IMG/VR virus record: IMGVR_UViG_3300042881_003221 | Location: 1 to 53,616 of that record | Strand: one strand, 5' to 3' | From: a virus | Lineage: Duplodnaviria; Caudoviricetes | DNA: 53,616 bases | Part shown: positions 1 through 7,781 of the stretch, piece by piece | How positions within the stretch are numbered: position 1 is the first letter of the stretch | How the letters are laid out: the number at the start of each line of letters is the position of its first letter | Program-made: the position numbers and the translations under genes | Notes under the pieces: model-generated | What the model saw: only the letters and a program-made list of their open reading frames with translations | What the model was told of the DNA's origin: nothing | Databases searched by the model: none

Positions 1-288
1 CGGCCAGATAGGCGCGGGCCAGATTGGCGCCGTCCAGATTGGCGCCGTCCAGATTGGCGCCGGCCAGATTGGCGCCGTCCAGATTGGCGCCGTCCAGATT
101 GGCGCCGTCCAGATTGGCGCCGTCCAGATTGGCGCCGGCCAGATTGGCGCCGGCCAGATAGGCGCGGGCCAGATTGGCGCCGTCCAGATTGGCGCCGTCC
201 AGATTGGCGCCGGCCAGATTGGCGCCGGCCAGATTGGCGCCGTCCAGGTTGGCGCCGGCCAGATTGGCGCCGTCCAGATTGGCGCGGG
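1..288. repeat. 15-bp tandem repeat (CAGATTGGCGCCG(T/G)C) encoding GANL(D/A) pentapeptides, ~19 units
   Basis: Directly visible; 1-77 is identical to 151-227 (150-bp higher-order repeat). Confidence 0.97.
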
Positions 289-427
289 CTTCGACGGCCT
301 TCTTGACGGCCCATCCACGTTTGAATTGCACAGACATGCCAAGACATTCGGCGGTCAGTTCGCACTCGAACATGACCGCATCGGTCCAACGGTTTCGGAT
401 TTGGAAGCGTTCGGCGGGGGTGCTCAT
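1..427 (-). CDS. Pentapeptide-repeat protein, N-terminal part (runs off the window start and continues at 53616)
   Basis: ATG at 427 reads [24 protein letters not shown]...[21 protein letters not shown]..., open to position 1. Not in the ORF track because it has no stop in the window. Confidence 0.9.
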   Translation of the reverse strand, partial: MSTPAERFQIRNRWTDAVMFECELTAECLGMSVQFKRGWAVKKAVEARANLDGANLAGANLDGANLAGANLAGANLDGANLDGANLARAYLAGANLAGANLDGANLDGANLDGANLDGANLAGANLDGANLDGANLARAYLA

Positions 428-470
428 GTCGGCGGTTCCCATCGGTTTCGATGGGGGGACTTTCCCATAT

Positions 471-530
471 CCGAAAACTTCCGTCAACCGGAAATATTCA
501 GATTGACAGAAGTTTCCCGGCGGCTAAGAT
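471..530. promoter_or_regulatory. Divergent promoter/operator region
   Basis: TTGACA(503-508)-N16-TAAGAT(525-530) on +; TTGACG on - at 487-482; the two -35 boxes lie in an imperfect inverted repeat, 471-487 vs 503-519 (14/17). Confidence 0.7.
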
Positions 531-537
531 GCACCGC

Positions 538-747
538 ATGATCACTCTCAAACAGCAAGCCAAGGCCGCCGGGTTGACGCAACGGGAAATCGCATCCGCG
601 CTTGGCGTCGGTGAGCCTGCCGTATCTATGTGGTTTTCGCGGACTGCTGGCATTCCGGTCCGTCACCTGACACCGCTTGCGGACTTGCTGAAAGTGCCGC
701 TGGCTGACGTTGTGGCTCAGGCTTGTCCGATGAAGGATGATGCGTGA
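538..747 (+). CDS. Cro/XRE-family HTH regulator
   Basis: [21 protein letters not shown] is a typical HTH_3 motif; first gene of the rightward arm; no SD, possibly leaderless. Confidence 0.85.
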   Translation: MITLKQQAKAAGLTQREIASALGVGEPAVSMWFSRTAGIPVRHLTPLADLLKVPLADVVAQACPMKDDA

Positions 748-1271
748 TGCCGGTTTACATGATCCGATCCGGAGAATACGGCCCGGTAAAAATCGGGCAC
801 GCTACCGACCCTTACGATAGGCTTGCCGCTTTGCAGGTGGCGCACTTTGATCCTCTTGTTATCATTCGCTTGTTCGATGGTAGCGTAAATGAGGAGCGCG
901 CCCTTCATCGTGCTTTTATGAACTTGCGTGTGCGGGGTGAGTGGTTCTCTTTCTGCCCAAGCATGATGGAAGATGTCGGGTTGATCGAAGTGCCGATATA
1001 TCAGCACAAGAAAGGCCGTCTGGCGCATGTATCCTCAGAGGATTTGAGGGATTATGCAAAAAAGCATGGCCTTTTCATGATGACAGCATACCGCGAGGCC
1101 CACAGCCTCACACAAGCCGATCTGGCCGCTACGCTTGGCGTCACACAATCGACCGTGGCGCGGTGGGAGGCTGGGTCAATGCCGGCGCGGGACATGCTGA
1201 CGAAGATCGCGGAAATCACGGAAGGGCAGGTTATGCCTAATGACTGGATTGAGCCGAGGGTTGTCGCATGA
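747..1271 (+). CDS. GIY-YIG-like (T5orf172/MUG113) nuclease domain fused to C-terminal XRE HTH
   Basis: VYMI..GPVKIG..DPYDRLAALQ..ERALHRAF..RVRGEWF; then LTQADLAATLGVTQSTVARWEAG. Confidence 0.8.
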   Translation: MPVYMIRSGEYGPVKIGHATDPYDRLAALQVAHFDPLVIIRLFDGSVNEERALHRAFMNLRVRGEWFSFCPSMMEDVGLIEVPIYQHKKGRLAHVSSEDLRDYAKKHGLFMMTAYREAHSLTQADLAATLGVTQSTVARWEAGSMPARDMLTKIAEITEGQVMPNDWIEPRVVA

Positions 1272-1345
1272 TCTTCAACGCCATCCTCACGGTCCTCGGG
1301 TCCATTAGCGTCGGCGTGATATCCGTCGTGTTGCTCGCATGGTGA
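1268..1345 (+). CDS. 25-aa hydrophobic single-TM peptide
   Basis: MIFNAILTVLGSISVGVISVVLLAW; ATGA overlap with the upstream stop. Confidence 0.55.
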   Translation: MIFNAILTVLGSISVGVISVVLLAW

Positions 1346-1419
1346 ACGCGGTGATCGGCTTCCTCATGGCCGGCGGGGTCGCGGGCGTGGCGATCGCGCT
1401 GGTGGCGGTGTGGCTGTGA
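1339..1419 (+). CDS. 26-aa hydrophobic single-TM peptide
   Basis: MVNAVIGFLMAGGVAGVAIALVAVWL; overlaps the previous stop, and its stop overlaps the GTG of the next gene. Confidence 0.55.
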   Translation: MVNAVIGFLMAGGVAGVAIALVAVWL

Positions 1420-1598
1420 TCACGGTCGCCCGTCTCTACTGGCCGCGCATCCGCACCGTGTCGCAACGGACCATGGTAGCCCGGATGCGCGCCTCCGGCA
1501 TGACCTACGCCGCGATTGCCAAACAGACCGGCATTCCGGTTTCGACGCTGCATGAGTGGTGCACCTCCGCGCAGGCCAAGAAGGCGCGCGGGGCATGA
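1416..1598 (+). CDS. Small HTH protein
   Basis: RASGMTYAAIAKQTGIPVSTLHEW; GTGA coupling. Confidence 0.7.
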   Translation: MITVARLYWPRIRTVSQRTMVARMRASGMTYAAIAKQTGIPVSTLHEWCTSAQAKKARGA

Positions 1599-1823
1599 AT
1601 AGCCGGGATGGTGAACGCAATTTTGTCCAGGGTTCGGACCGTTGTGAGCAGCCTCGGGACCCGGCTACGGCCGGCGTGCGCGTCATGGTGGCGGTGCGCC
1701 GGTCGATCTTATCCCCGTGCGCGCGGGGGGTTATCCGTGCGTGACTTCCTCCCCGATCAACTGCGCCGGCTGGGTTCGCTCAGCCGGCGGCTTTTTCGGG
1801 GAAAAAAATCGGGGAATGAAAAA

Positions 1824-3224
1824 ATGCGAGACGAATACCAGGAGTTTCTGACGGCCAGGGCGCAACTCGGCACACGCGACGGGTTCAAGCCGACGTATCG
1901 GCCGTCGTTTTTGAAAGACTTCCAAGCCGCACTTCATGAATGGTCCGTGGAAATGGGACGGGCTGCACTGTTGGAGGATTGCGGCCTTGGCAAGACGGTC
2001 CAGCAACTTTGCTGGGCACAGAACGTGGTCGAGCATACCAACCGGCCTGTCATTATCTGGGCACCGCTCGCCGTGACCGGCCAGACGGTCAAGGAAGCCG
2101 AGAAATTTGGGATCGAGGCTTACGCCTGTCCCGATGGCAAACCACGTCCAGGGATCAACGTGGCCAACTACGAGCGGATGCACCTGTTCGACGCCGCCGA
2201 CTATGCCGGGGCGGTGTGCGATGAAAGCTCAATTTTGAAATCCTTCGACGGACAACGTCGACAGGACATCACCGAGTTTATGCGGAAAATGAGGTATCGT
2301 CTGCTTTGCACCGCAACCGCCGCGCCGAACGAATACACCGAGCTTGGAACATCCAGCGAGGCGCTGGGGTATCTGGGCTACATGGACATGCTTTCCCGGT
2401 TCTTCAAAAACAACCAAGGGAACAGCATCAAGCCGAACGTCATTCGCCAACGCGGCAAGAATTTTCAGCAGCTAGACGACAACGCGAAGTGGCGCTTCAA
2501 GGGTCACGCGGAGGTTGCGTTCTGGAAGTGGGTTTGCTCATGGGCGCGGGCTGTTCGGCGTCCGTCTGACATGGGGTTTTCGGATGAAGGGTTTATCCTG
2601 CCGCCGCTGATCGAGCGGCAACACATGGTGCAGGTCGATCGCCCGCCTTCCGGGATGCTGTTCACCCTACCCGCGATCGGGCTTGCGGAGCAGCGCGATG
2701 AACGGCGCCGGACTATCCGCGATCGGTGCGAAGCCGCCGCCGCGTTGGTTGCCGATACCGGACAACCGGCCGTCGTGTGGTGCCATCTGAATGAGGAAGG
2801 CGATCTACTCGAAGGCATGATCCGCGATTGTGTCCAGGTTTCCGGCAAGGATACCGACGATCGGAAGGTCGAAAAATTCGGCGCATTCCTGACTGGCGAG
2901 GCTCGTGTTCTTGTCACTAAAGGCAAGATCGGCGCATGGGGCTTGAATTTCCAACACTGCGCTCACTCGGTTGCGTTCCCGACGCACTCGTTCGAGGAAT
3001 ACTACCAGCAGGTTCGGCGGTTCTATCGGTTCGGGCAGACCAGGCAGGTGGTGTCCGATATCGTCACGACCGAGGGTGAAAAATCCATCCTCGCCAACCT
3101 GCAACGCAAAGCCGTAGCGGCTGACAAGATGTACAATGATCTGGTGACGTATATGAATGACGCGATCGGAATTGATCGCAGCGTCGCCTTTACCAAGAAT
3201 GAGGAACTTCCCCAATGGCTGTAA
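1824..3224 (+). CDS. SNF2-like superfamily 2 helicase
   Basis: Walker A-like DCGLGKT, DESS, TAT, GLNFQ, QQVRRFYRFGQ motifs; likely start MRDEYQEF at 1824. Confidence 0.88.
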   Translation: MRDEYQEFLTARAQLGTRDGFKPTYRPSFLKDFQAALHEWSVEMGRAALLEDCGLGKTVQQLCWAQNVVEHTNRPVIIWAPLAVTGQTVKEAEKFGIEAYACPDGKPRPGINVANYERMHLFDAADYAGAVCDESSILKSFDGQRRQDITEFMRKMRYRLLCTATAAPNEYTELGTSSEALGYLGYMDMLSRFFKNNQGNSIKPNVIRQRGKNFQQLDDNAKWRFKGHAEVAFWKWVCSWARAVRRPSDMGFSDEGFILPPLIERQHMVQVDRPPSGMLFTLPAIGLAEQRDERRRTIRDRCEAAAALVADTGQPAVVWCHLNEEGDLLEGMIRDCVQVSGKDTDDRKVEKFGAFLTGEARVLVTKGKIGAWGLNFQHCAHSVAFPTHSFEEYYQQVRRFYRFGQTRQVVSDIVTTEGEKSILANLQRKAVAADKMYNDLVTYMNDAIGIDRSVAFTKNEELPQWL

Positions 3225-4207
3225 TGGATCAACTGATTACCGACCGCTTCGCCATCTACAACGGCGACTGCATGGACGTGATGCGCGCCCTGCCGGACCG
3301 CAAGATCGCCATGACGGTCTACTCCCCCCCGTTCGGCGGACTGTTCCAATACAGCTCCTCCGACCGCGATCTGTCCAACTGCCTCGACTACAACGAGTTT
3401 TTCCAGCACTACGAGTTCATCGTGAAGGAACTGGCCAGGATCACCATGCCGGGCCGGATGACAGCCGTGCATTGCATGGACGTTCCCACCGGCAACACCG
3501 GCACCGATGGCTACATCGACTTTCCGGGCGATATCATCCGCCTGCACCAACGCCTCGGTTGGACCTATGCCGCGCGCCGGGCCATCTGGAAAGAACCGCT
3601 GGCCGTGCGGATGCGGACCATGGCGAAGAACCTCGCACACGCGACCATCGTGGAAGACAGCGCGAAGGCCGGCGTAGCGGGGGCGGATTACCTGTTGGTG
3701 TTCCGCCGCGATGGCGAAAACAAAGTCCCGATCGCGCATCCGGTTGGGCTGTTGGATTACGCGGGCGAACGCAAGCCGCCGGTTGGGGTCCTGAAGTATC
3801 GCGGATGGACCGGCAACCAAATCGAGAACCGCTATTCGCACTGGATTTGGAGACAGTATGCGTCTTCGATATGGGACGACATTAGGATCAGCAATGTCCT
3901 GCCGTTCCACGATGCGCGCGACGATCAGGACGAGAAGCACGTTCACCCCCTCCAACTGGACGTGATCGACCGCGCGACTGTTCTGTGGTCCAACCCTGGC
4001 GAAACGGTGCTTACGCCATTCATGGGCGTGGGATCCGAGGTGTTTTCTCCGGTTCGTCTCGGACGCAAGGGCATCGGCATCGAGTTGAAGCCGTCCTATT
4101 TCCGGCAGGCTGTCAAGAACATGGGGCAGGTTGACGCGCCTCCGTCCGAGACATTGGAATTGGAGTTTGACCCGAACGCGTTTCCGTCGATGGATGTTGG
4201 GAAATGA
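3215..4207 (+). CDS. Beta-class N4-cytosine/N6-adenine DNA methyltransferase
   Basis: IYNGDC, motif IV YSPPF, C-terminal HPLQ..NPGETVLTPFMGVGS..GIELK. Confidence 0.92.
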   Translation: MAVMDQLITDRFAIYNGDCMDVMRALPDRKIAMTVYSPPFGGLFQYSSSDRDLSNCLDYNEFFQHYEFIVKELARITMPGRMTAVHCMDVPTGNTGTDGYIDFPGDIIRLHQRLGWTYAARRAIWKEPLAVRMRTMAKNLAHATIVEDSAKAGVAGADYLLVFRRDGENKVPIAHPVGLLDYAGERKPPVGVLKYRGWTGNQIENRYSHWIWRQYASSIWDDIRISNVLPFHDARDDQDEKHVHPLQLDVIDRATVLWSNPGETVLTPFMGVGSEVFSPVRLGRKGIGIELKPSYFRQAVKNMGQVDAPPSETLELEFDPNAFPSMDVGK

Positions 4208-4542
4208 CCCCCCTGCAACGCCGCACCCTCGAATATCTGGCCACGGTGGACAGCGCGACGCCGGCCGATGTCGCCCATGCGCGGAGGTTCTTGTGCCCGA
4301 AAGCAGCCCGCGAACTTATGGCCCGCCTAATCGCCGCTGGCCACGCCCGCAACATTTCCACTACCCGCCGCTGCGTCTACCGCATCACGCTCCAAGGCCG
4401 CGAAGCCATCGCCCCGCCGCTCGTATGCGTCGCGTGGCGGAACGGCCAGAGCGCGCCCCTCAAGCCCGCGACGGCCGAGGCTTTGCGGGTGCGGCTGGAT
4501 GGGGAGATGGGGCCGGGGACGCATCGGGTGGTGCCGAAGTGA
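4204..4542 (+). CDS. Hypothetical, possible winged-HTH
   Basis: MTPLQRRTLEYL..YRITLQGREA; ATGA coupling. Confidence 0.55.
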   Translation: MTPLQRRTLEYLATVDSATPADVAHARRFLCPKAARELMARLIAAGHARNISTTRRCVYRITLQGREAIAPPLVCVAWRNGQSAPLKPATAEALRVRLDGEMGPGTHRVVPK

Positions 4543-4715
4543 TGCTGCTCACCAGCCCAGACTGGCAAGCCGACTGCCAGAAATGGCGCGGTCGATTGCT
4601 GACCGGCAAGCACGCTCATTGGTGTGCGGAGTGGGACCACCTGCCGGTGGATGAGACCTGCGCGGAGTGGCCGTGTGGGTGTGACGTGAAACGGAAGGAT
4701 GCGGACGATGCCTGA
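4542..4715 (+). CDS. Small Cys/Trp-rich hypothetical protein
   Basis: MLLTSPDWQADC..HWCAEWDHLPVDETCAEWPCGC; TGATG coupling. Confidence 0.6.
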   Translation: MLLTSPDWQADCQKWRGRLLTGKHAHWCAEWDHLPVDETCAEWPCGCDVKRKDADDA

Positions 4716-5133
4716 TATCGTAAACAAAATGAGTGAAGCGGAGGCCGATTATATCCGACGGGTATGGACAACAAACACCGTCCAAAGGGACACAGAACGC
4801 AACGTTAACGGCCTAGCCGCATTCTGCCACGCATCCAGCGTCATTCCCGGCTGGTGGGACAAGCCACGCAATCCCGGCGAACTGATTGCCCTGATGCACT
4901 CGGAACTATCCGAGGCACTGGAAGGCATCCGCAAGGACGCGCAAGACGATCATCTGCCAGAGTTCAAATCGGTAGAGGTTGAACTGGCCTACGCGCTGAT
5001 CCGCATCTTTGACTACGCCGGAGCGGCAAACCTGCTGCTTGGCGAGGCGTTCGTTGCCAAGCTGGCATACAACGCGCAACGGGCCGATCACAAGCGGGAG
5101 AACCGGGCAAAGGTTGGCGGCAAGGCGTTTTAA
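4708..5133 (+). CDS. MazG-like all-alpha NTP pyrophosphatase
   Basis: IALMHSELSEALEGIRK..VEVELAYALIRIFD..KLAYNAQR pattern. Confidence 0.8.
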   Translation: MPDIVNKMSEAEADYIRRVWTTNTVQRDTERNVNGLAAFCHASSVIPGWWDKPRNPGELIALMHSELSEALEGIRKDAQDDHLPEFKSVEVELAYALIRIFDYAGAANLLLGEAFVAKLAYNAQRADHKRENRAKVGGKAF

Positions 5134-5159
5134 CCAATCCGCGCCCGGCGGTTTCGGGC

Positions 5160-5189
5160 AAAAAAAACACCCGCGATGGTGCGCGGGTG
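5160..5189 (-). terminator. Intrinsic terminator on the antisense (-) strand
   Basis: - strand reads CACCCGCG-CACCAT-CGCGGGTG followed by a T run. Confidence 0.75.
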
Positions 5190-5216
5190 CATTGGAGACT
5201 TACGATGCTTCAAGAG
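5160..5216 (-). ncRNA. Candidate ~55-nt antisense RNA covering the RBS/start of the 5205 gene
   Basis: Bounded by the - strand promoter (5251-5223) and - strand terminator (5189-5160); spans GGAG 5194-5197 and ATG 5205. Confidence 0.6.
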
Positions 5217-6098
5217 CGTTTGAATATACAACCGAGCGGAACGAAGGACAACAACAAAGGCGATGGTGACAAGATGTGGCTACACGCCATGCTCCATCGC
5301 GGGCGGACTGAACGCATCACAACAATCGTCATGATCACGCCAGAACTGGCAAAGGCCATGCTCGAATTGAACAAGGGCAATCGTCCAATCGGCGAGAACC
5401 GCGTCAAGCGGCACATGGAACGGTTGAAGTCCGGGACGTTCATATTGACACATCAAGGGATTGCGTTCGCTGATGATGGCACGTTGAACGATGGCCAGCA
5501 CCGTCTGACCGCCATTGCTCAAAGCGGCGTCGGCGCGGAAATGCAAGTTACGTTCGGCGCGTCGCGTGATGAGTTTCTCGTTGTGGACAAGGGAGACCGT
5601 CGGACGTCGGGCGACGACCTAAACATCATGCGTATGAGCTACGGCAATATCAGGGCATCCGTGTCGCATCGGCTATATTCGATTGAGCATGGGATCGTCG
5701 GATCAATCGACCCCGAAATTGTCACTCAACATGCGCAACAAAACGCCAACGAGCAAATGGAACTGGCGCTAACTACGGCCTATCGGCTGAAGAAAATCAC
5801 CCAGCCAACAGCATCTGCTCTGGCACATTATTGGATTGCAACCAGGACGAAACAATCTAAGGCAAGACAGGATGATTTTTGGGGCGGATTGATAACCGGC
5901 GAGAATATCAGCGGTGTCCTGTTGAAACTTCGCGAGTGGCTGAAGGATGAAAAGCCTGAACAACACAACTATGCACACCAGAATGTGGTAATCGCCGCCG
6001 TCATCATCCTCGGTTGGAACTCGTTTAACCGCCGGGGCATAAAAGCACTCCAACACAAGTCATGGCCGCACATTATTAAACTACCGGAGCCGGTATGA
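5205..6098 (+). CDS. DGQHR-motif ParB-like domain protein
   Basis: ITPELAKAMLELNKGNRPI..HQGIAFADDGTLNDGQHRLTAI; SD GGAG before ATG 5205. Confidence 0.8.
   Translation: MLQERLNIQPSGTKDNNKGDGDKMWLHAMLHRGRTERITTIVMITPELAKAMLELNKGNRPIGENRVKRHMERLKSGTFILTHQGIAFADDGTLNDGQHRLTAIAQSGVGAEMQVTFGASRDEFLVVDKGDRRTSGDDLNIMRMSYGNIRASVSHRLYSIEHGIVGSIDPEIVTQHAQQNANEQMELALTTAYRLKKITQPTASALAHYWIATRTKQSKARQDDFWGGLITGENISGVLLKLREWLKDEKPEQHNYAHQNVVIAAVIILGWNSFNRRGIKALQHKSWPHIIKLPEPV
5223..5251 (-). promoter_or_regulatory. Antisense sigma70-like promoter
   Basis: TTGTCC(5251-5246)-N17-TATATT(5228-5223). Confidence 0.65.
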
Positions 6099-6961
6099 TG
6101 ATCGGCAAGCGATCCCGCGAACCCGTTGACGCCATCGAAGTATCCGACCGGATGCGCGATCGGTGCGATGACGATACGGTAGTCCGATTGATGGACAGCA
6201 TCCAGAGGATCGGGCTACAGACGCCGATATCCGTTCGGTGGGTGGGTGATAACCTGATGCTTGTCGCTGGCCGCCACCGACTGGAAGCAGTCCGCCGTCT
6301 TGGATGGGAGAATGTCGATTGCACCATGCTCACGGGCACCGACGATGAAGCACGGATGTGGGAGATTGCGGAGAACCTGCATCGGGCTGATCTGACGGTG
6401 TTGGAGCGGGATGAGCATATCTCGGAGTGGGTGCGGCTGGCGGGGAAGAATGATGACGGAGTATCGGCGCAAGATGCGCCGAAACTCTCTGCGCGAGGTA
6501 GGAATGGGGAGGGAAGGCCGGAATCCGGCATCAACGCCGCATCCCGCGAGCTTGGCGTTGAAAGAACCGCAGCACAGCGCGCAACCAAGGTCGCAGCGAT
6601 CACTCCAGAAGCGAAGGCAGCAGCAAAGGAAAACGGCTTAGACAACAACCAAGCCGCGCTCCTCCAAGTGGCCAAGGCGCCGCCGGAAGAACAAGCAGCC
6701 AAGGTCGAGGAAATCGCAGCCGCGAAGAAAGCCGCCGCCGACGCAAAGAAAGCCGAGCGCCTACTGGCCGAGGAAGCAGCGAAGGAAGCAAAGAAGGCCA
6801 ACGCCGCGACCGACACCGTAATTCGCCTGACAGTGGAACAACAATACGCAGAGTGGATCATGCGGCACGTTGCCATATCCGAACTAGACACACTCATTGC
6901 GTGGATACAAACCGCCAAGCCTGCCGGTATCATCGCAGCACTGCGGCGCAATGCCGCCTAA
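6095..6961 (+). CDS. ParB N-terminal (ParB/Srx) domain protein with HTH and coiled coil
   Basis: LMDSIQRIGLQTPISV..LVAGRHRLEAVRRLG..EIAENLHRADL. Confidence 0.88.
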   Translation: MMIGKRSREPVDAIEVSDRMRDRCDDDTVVRLMDSIQRIGLQTPISVRWVGDNLMLVAGRHRLEAVRRLGWENVDCTMLTGTDDEARMWEIAENLHRADLTVLERDEHISEWVRLAGKNDDGVSAQDAPKLSARGRNGEGRPESGINAASRELGVERTAAQRATKVAAITPEAKAAAKENGLDNNQAALLQVAKAPPEEQAAKVEEIAAAKKAAADAKKAERLLAEEAAKEAKKANAATDTVIRLTVEQQYAEWIMRHVAISELDTLIAWIQTAKPAGIIAALRRNAA

Positions 6962-6963
6962 CC

Positions 6964-7257
6964 ATGCCCCGCGCCCTCTGGATCACCCCCGCACTCGCAG
7001 CCTTCGTCCAAGCCAACGAAGGCACGTCATGGGAACGCATCTACAACAAATGGTGCACCGAACATCCAGACCAGCCGGCGCCGGGGAACCATGAGCAGAT
7101 GCGGCGGCATTTTCGGAAGGGGGAGAAGAAGTATCTGCAAAAGCCCCTCGCTGTGAAGCGACCGACTGCCCCGCGTGTGTGCCTGTGTTGTCGGGCGATG
7201 TTCCCGTCCGAGGGAATTGGAAACCGGATGTGTGAGACGTGTAAGGACAAAGCCTAA
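6964..7257 (+). CDS. Hypothetical with C-terminal zinc finger
   Basis: RVCLCCRAMFPSEGIGNRMCETC. Confidence 0.65.
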   Translation: MPRALWITPALAAFVQANEGTSWERIYNKWCTEHPDQPAPGNHEQMRRHFRKGEKKYLQKPLAVKRPTAPRVCLCCRAMFPSEGIGNRMCETCKDKA

Positions 7258-7781
7258 TGCCTAGACCCATCAACCGCGAGCATATCCTGCAAGTGGCGCT
7301 CGTCCGCTTCGTCCGCGAGGCCGTCGCCGCGCCCCATCAATTCCTGGCGTTCGATCGGTCCAAAGCTTCCGGCGCGTTTTCGCACATGCGGGAAAAGGCG
7401 CGGGGCGTGCGGGCCGGGACGCCGGATACACTGCTGATCGTCGAAGGCAAACCTGTGATCTGGTGCGAGTTGAAGGCGCCCGGCAACAAGCCGACGCCGG
7501 AACAAATCGCCATGGGGGACAGTCTCATGGCGCTCGGGTGTTGGTGGTCGTGGGTGACGTCGGTGGACGCATATTTCGAGTGGATCAGGTCCATTGGGGT
7601 GGAAATGCGCGCGAATGCCGAGTTTCTGGCGATGCACGCGGACGCTGGCGTTCGGACGAAAATTGAAAAGGCCGAGGCTGCCATAGGGAAGGCGCCACGG
7701 TCCTACAAGCCCCGCGAGGCCAAACCTTCGGCCGCGCGGTTACGGAAGGTCAACGCCGTGCGAGCAAAGGTCATGTTCTAA
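7257..7781 (+). CDS. VRR-NUC (PD-(D/E)XK) nuclease, putative resolvase
   Basis: EHILQ..GVRAGTPD..WCELKAPGNKPTPEQ. Confidence 0.85.
   Translation: MPRPINREHILQVALVRFVREAVAAPHQFLAFDRSKASGAFSHMREKARGVRAGTPDTLLIVEGKPVIWCELKAPGNKPTPEQIAMGDSLMALGCWWSWVTSVDAYFEWIRSIGVEMRANAEFLAMHADAGVRTKIEKAEAAIGKAPRSYKPREAKPSAARLRKVNAVRAKVMF

Noticed and set aside
1-288. Possible CRISPR array or terminal repeat
   Set aside because: Units are contiguous with no spacers and encode a protein repeat; the end similarity is explained by an assembly break in the repeat.
174-506. + strand ORF with (APSRL)n repeats
   Set aside because: Shadow of the - strand pentapeptide gene; GANL(D/A) is the recognised motif.
1608-1823. 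N-terminal extension of the helicase ORF
   Set aside because: Low-complexity Arg-rich sequence; the helicase-like sequence begins at ATG 1824.
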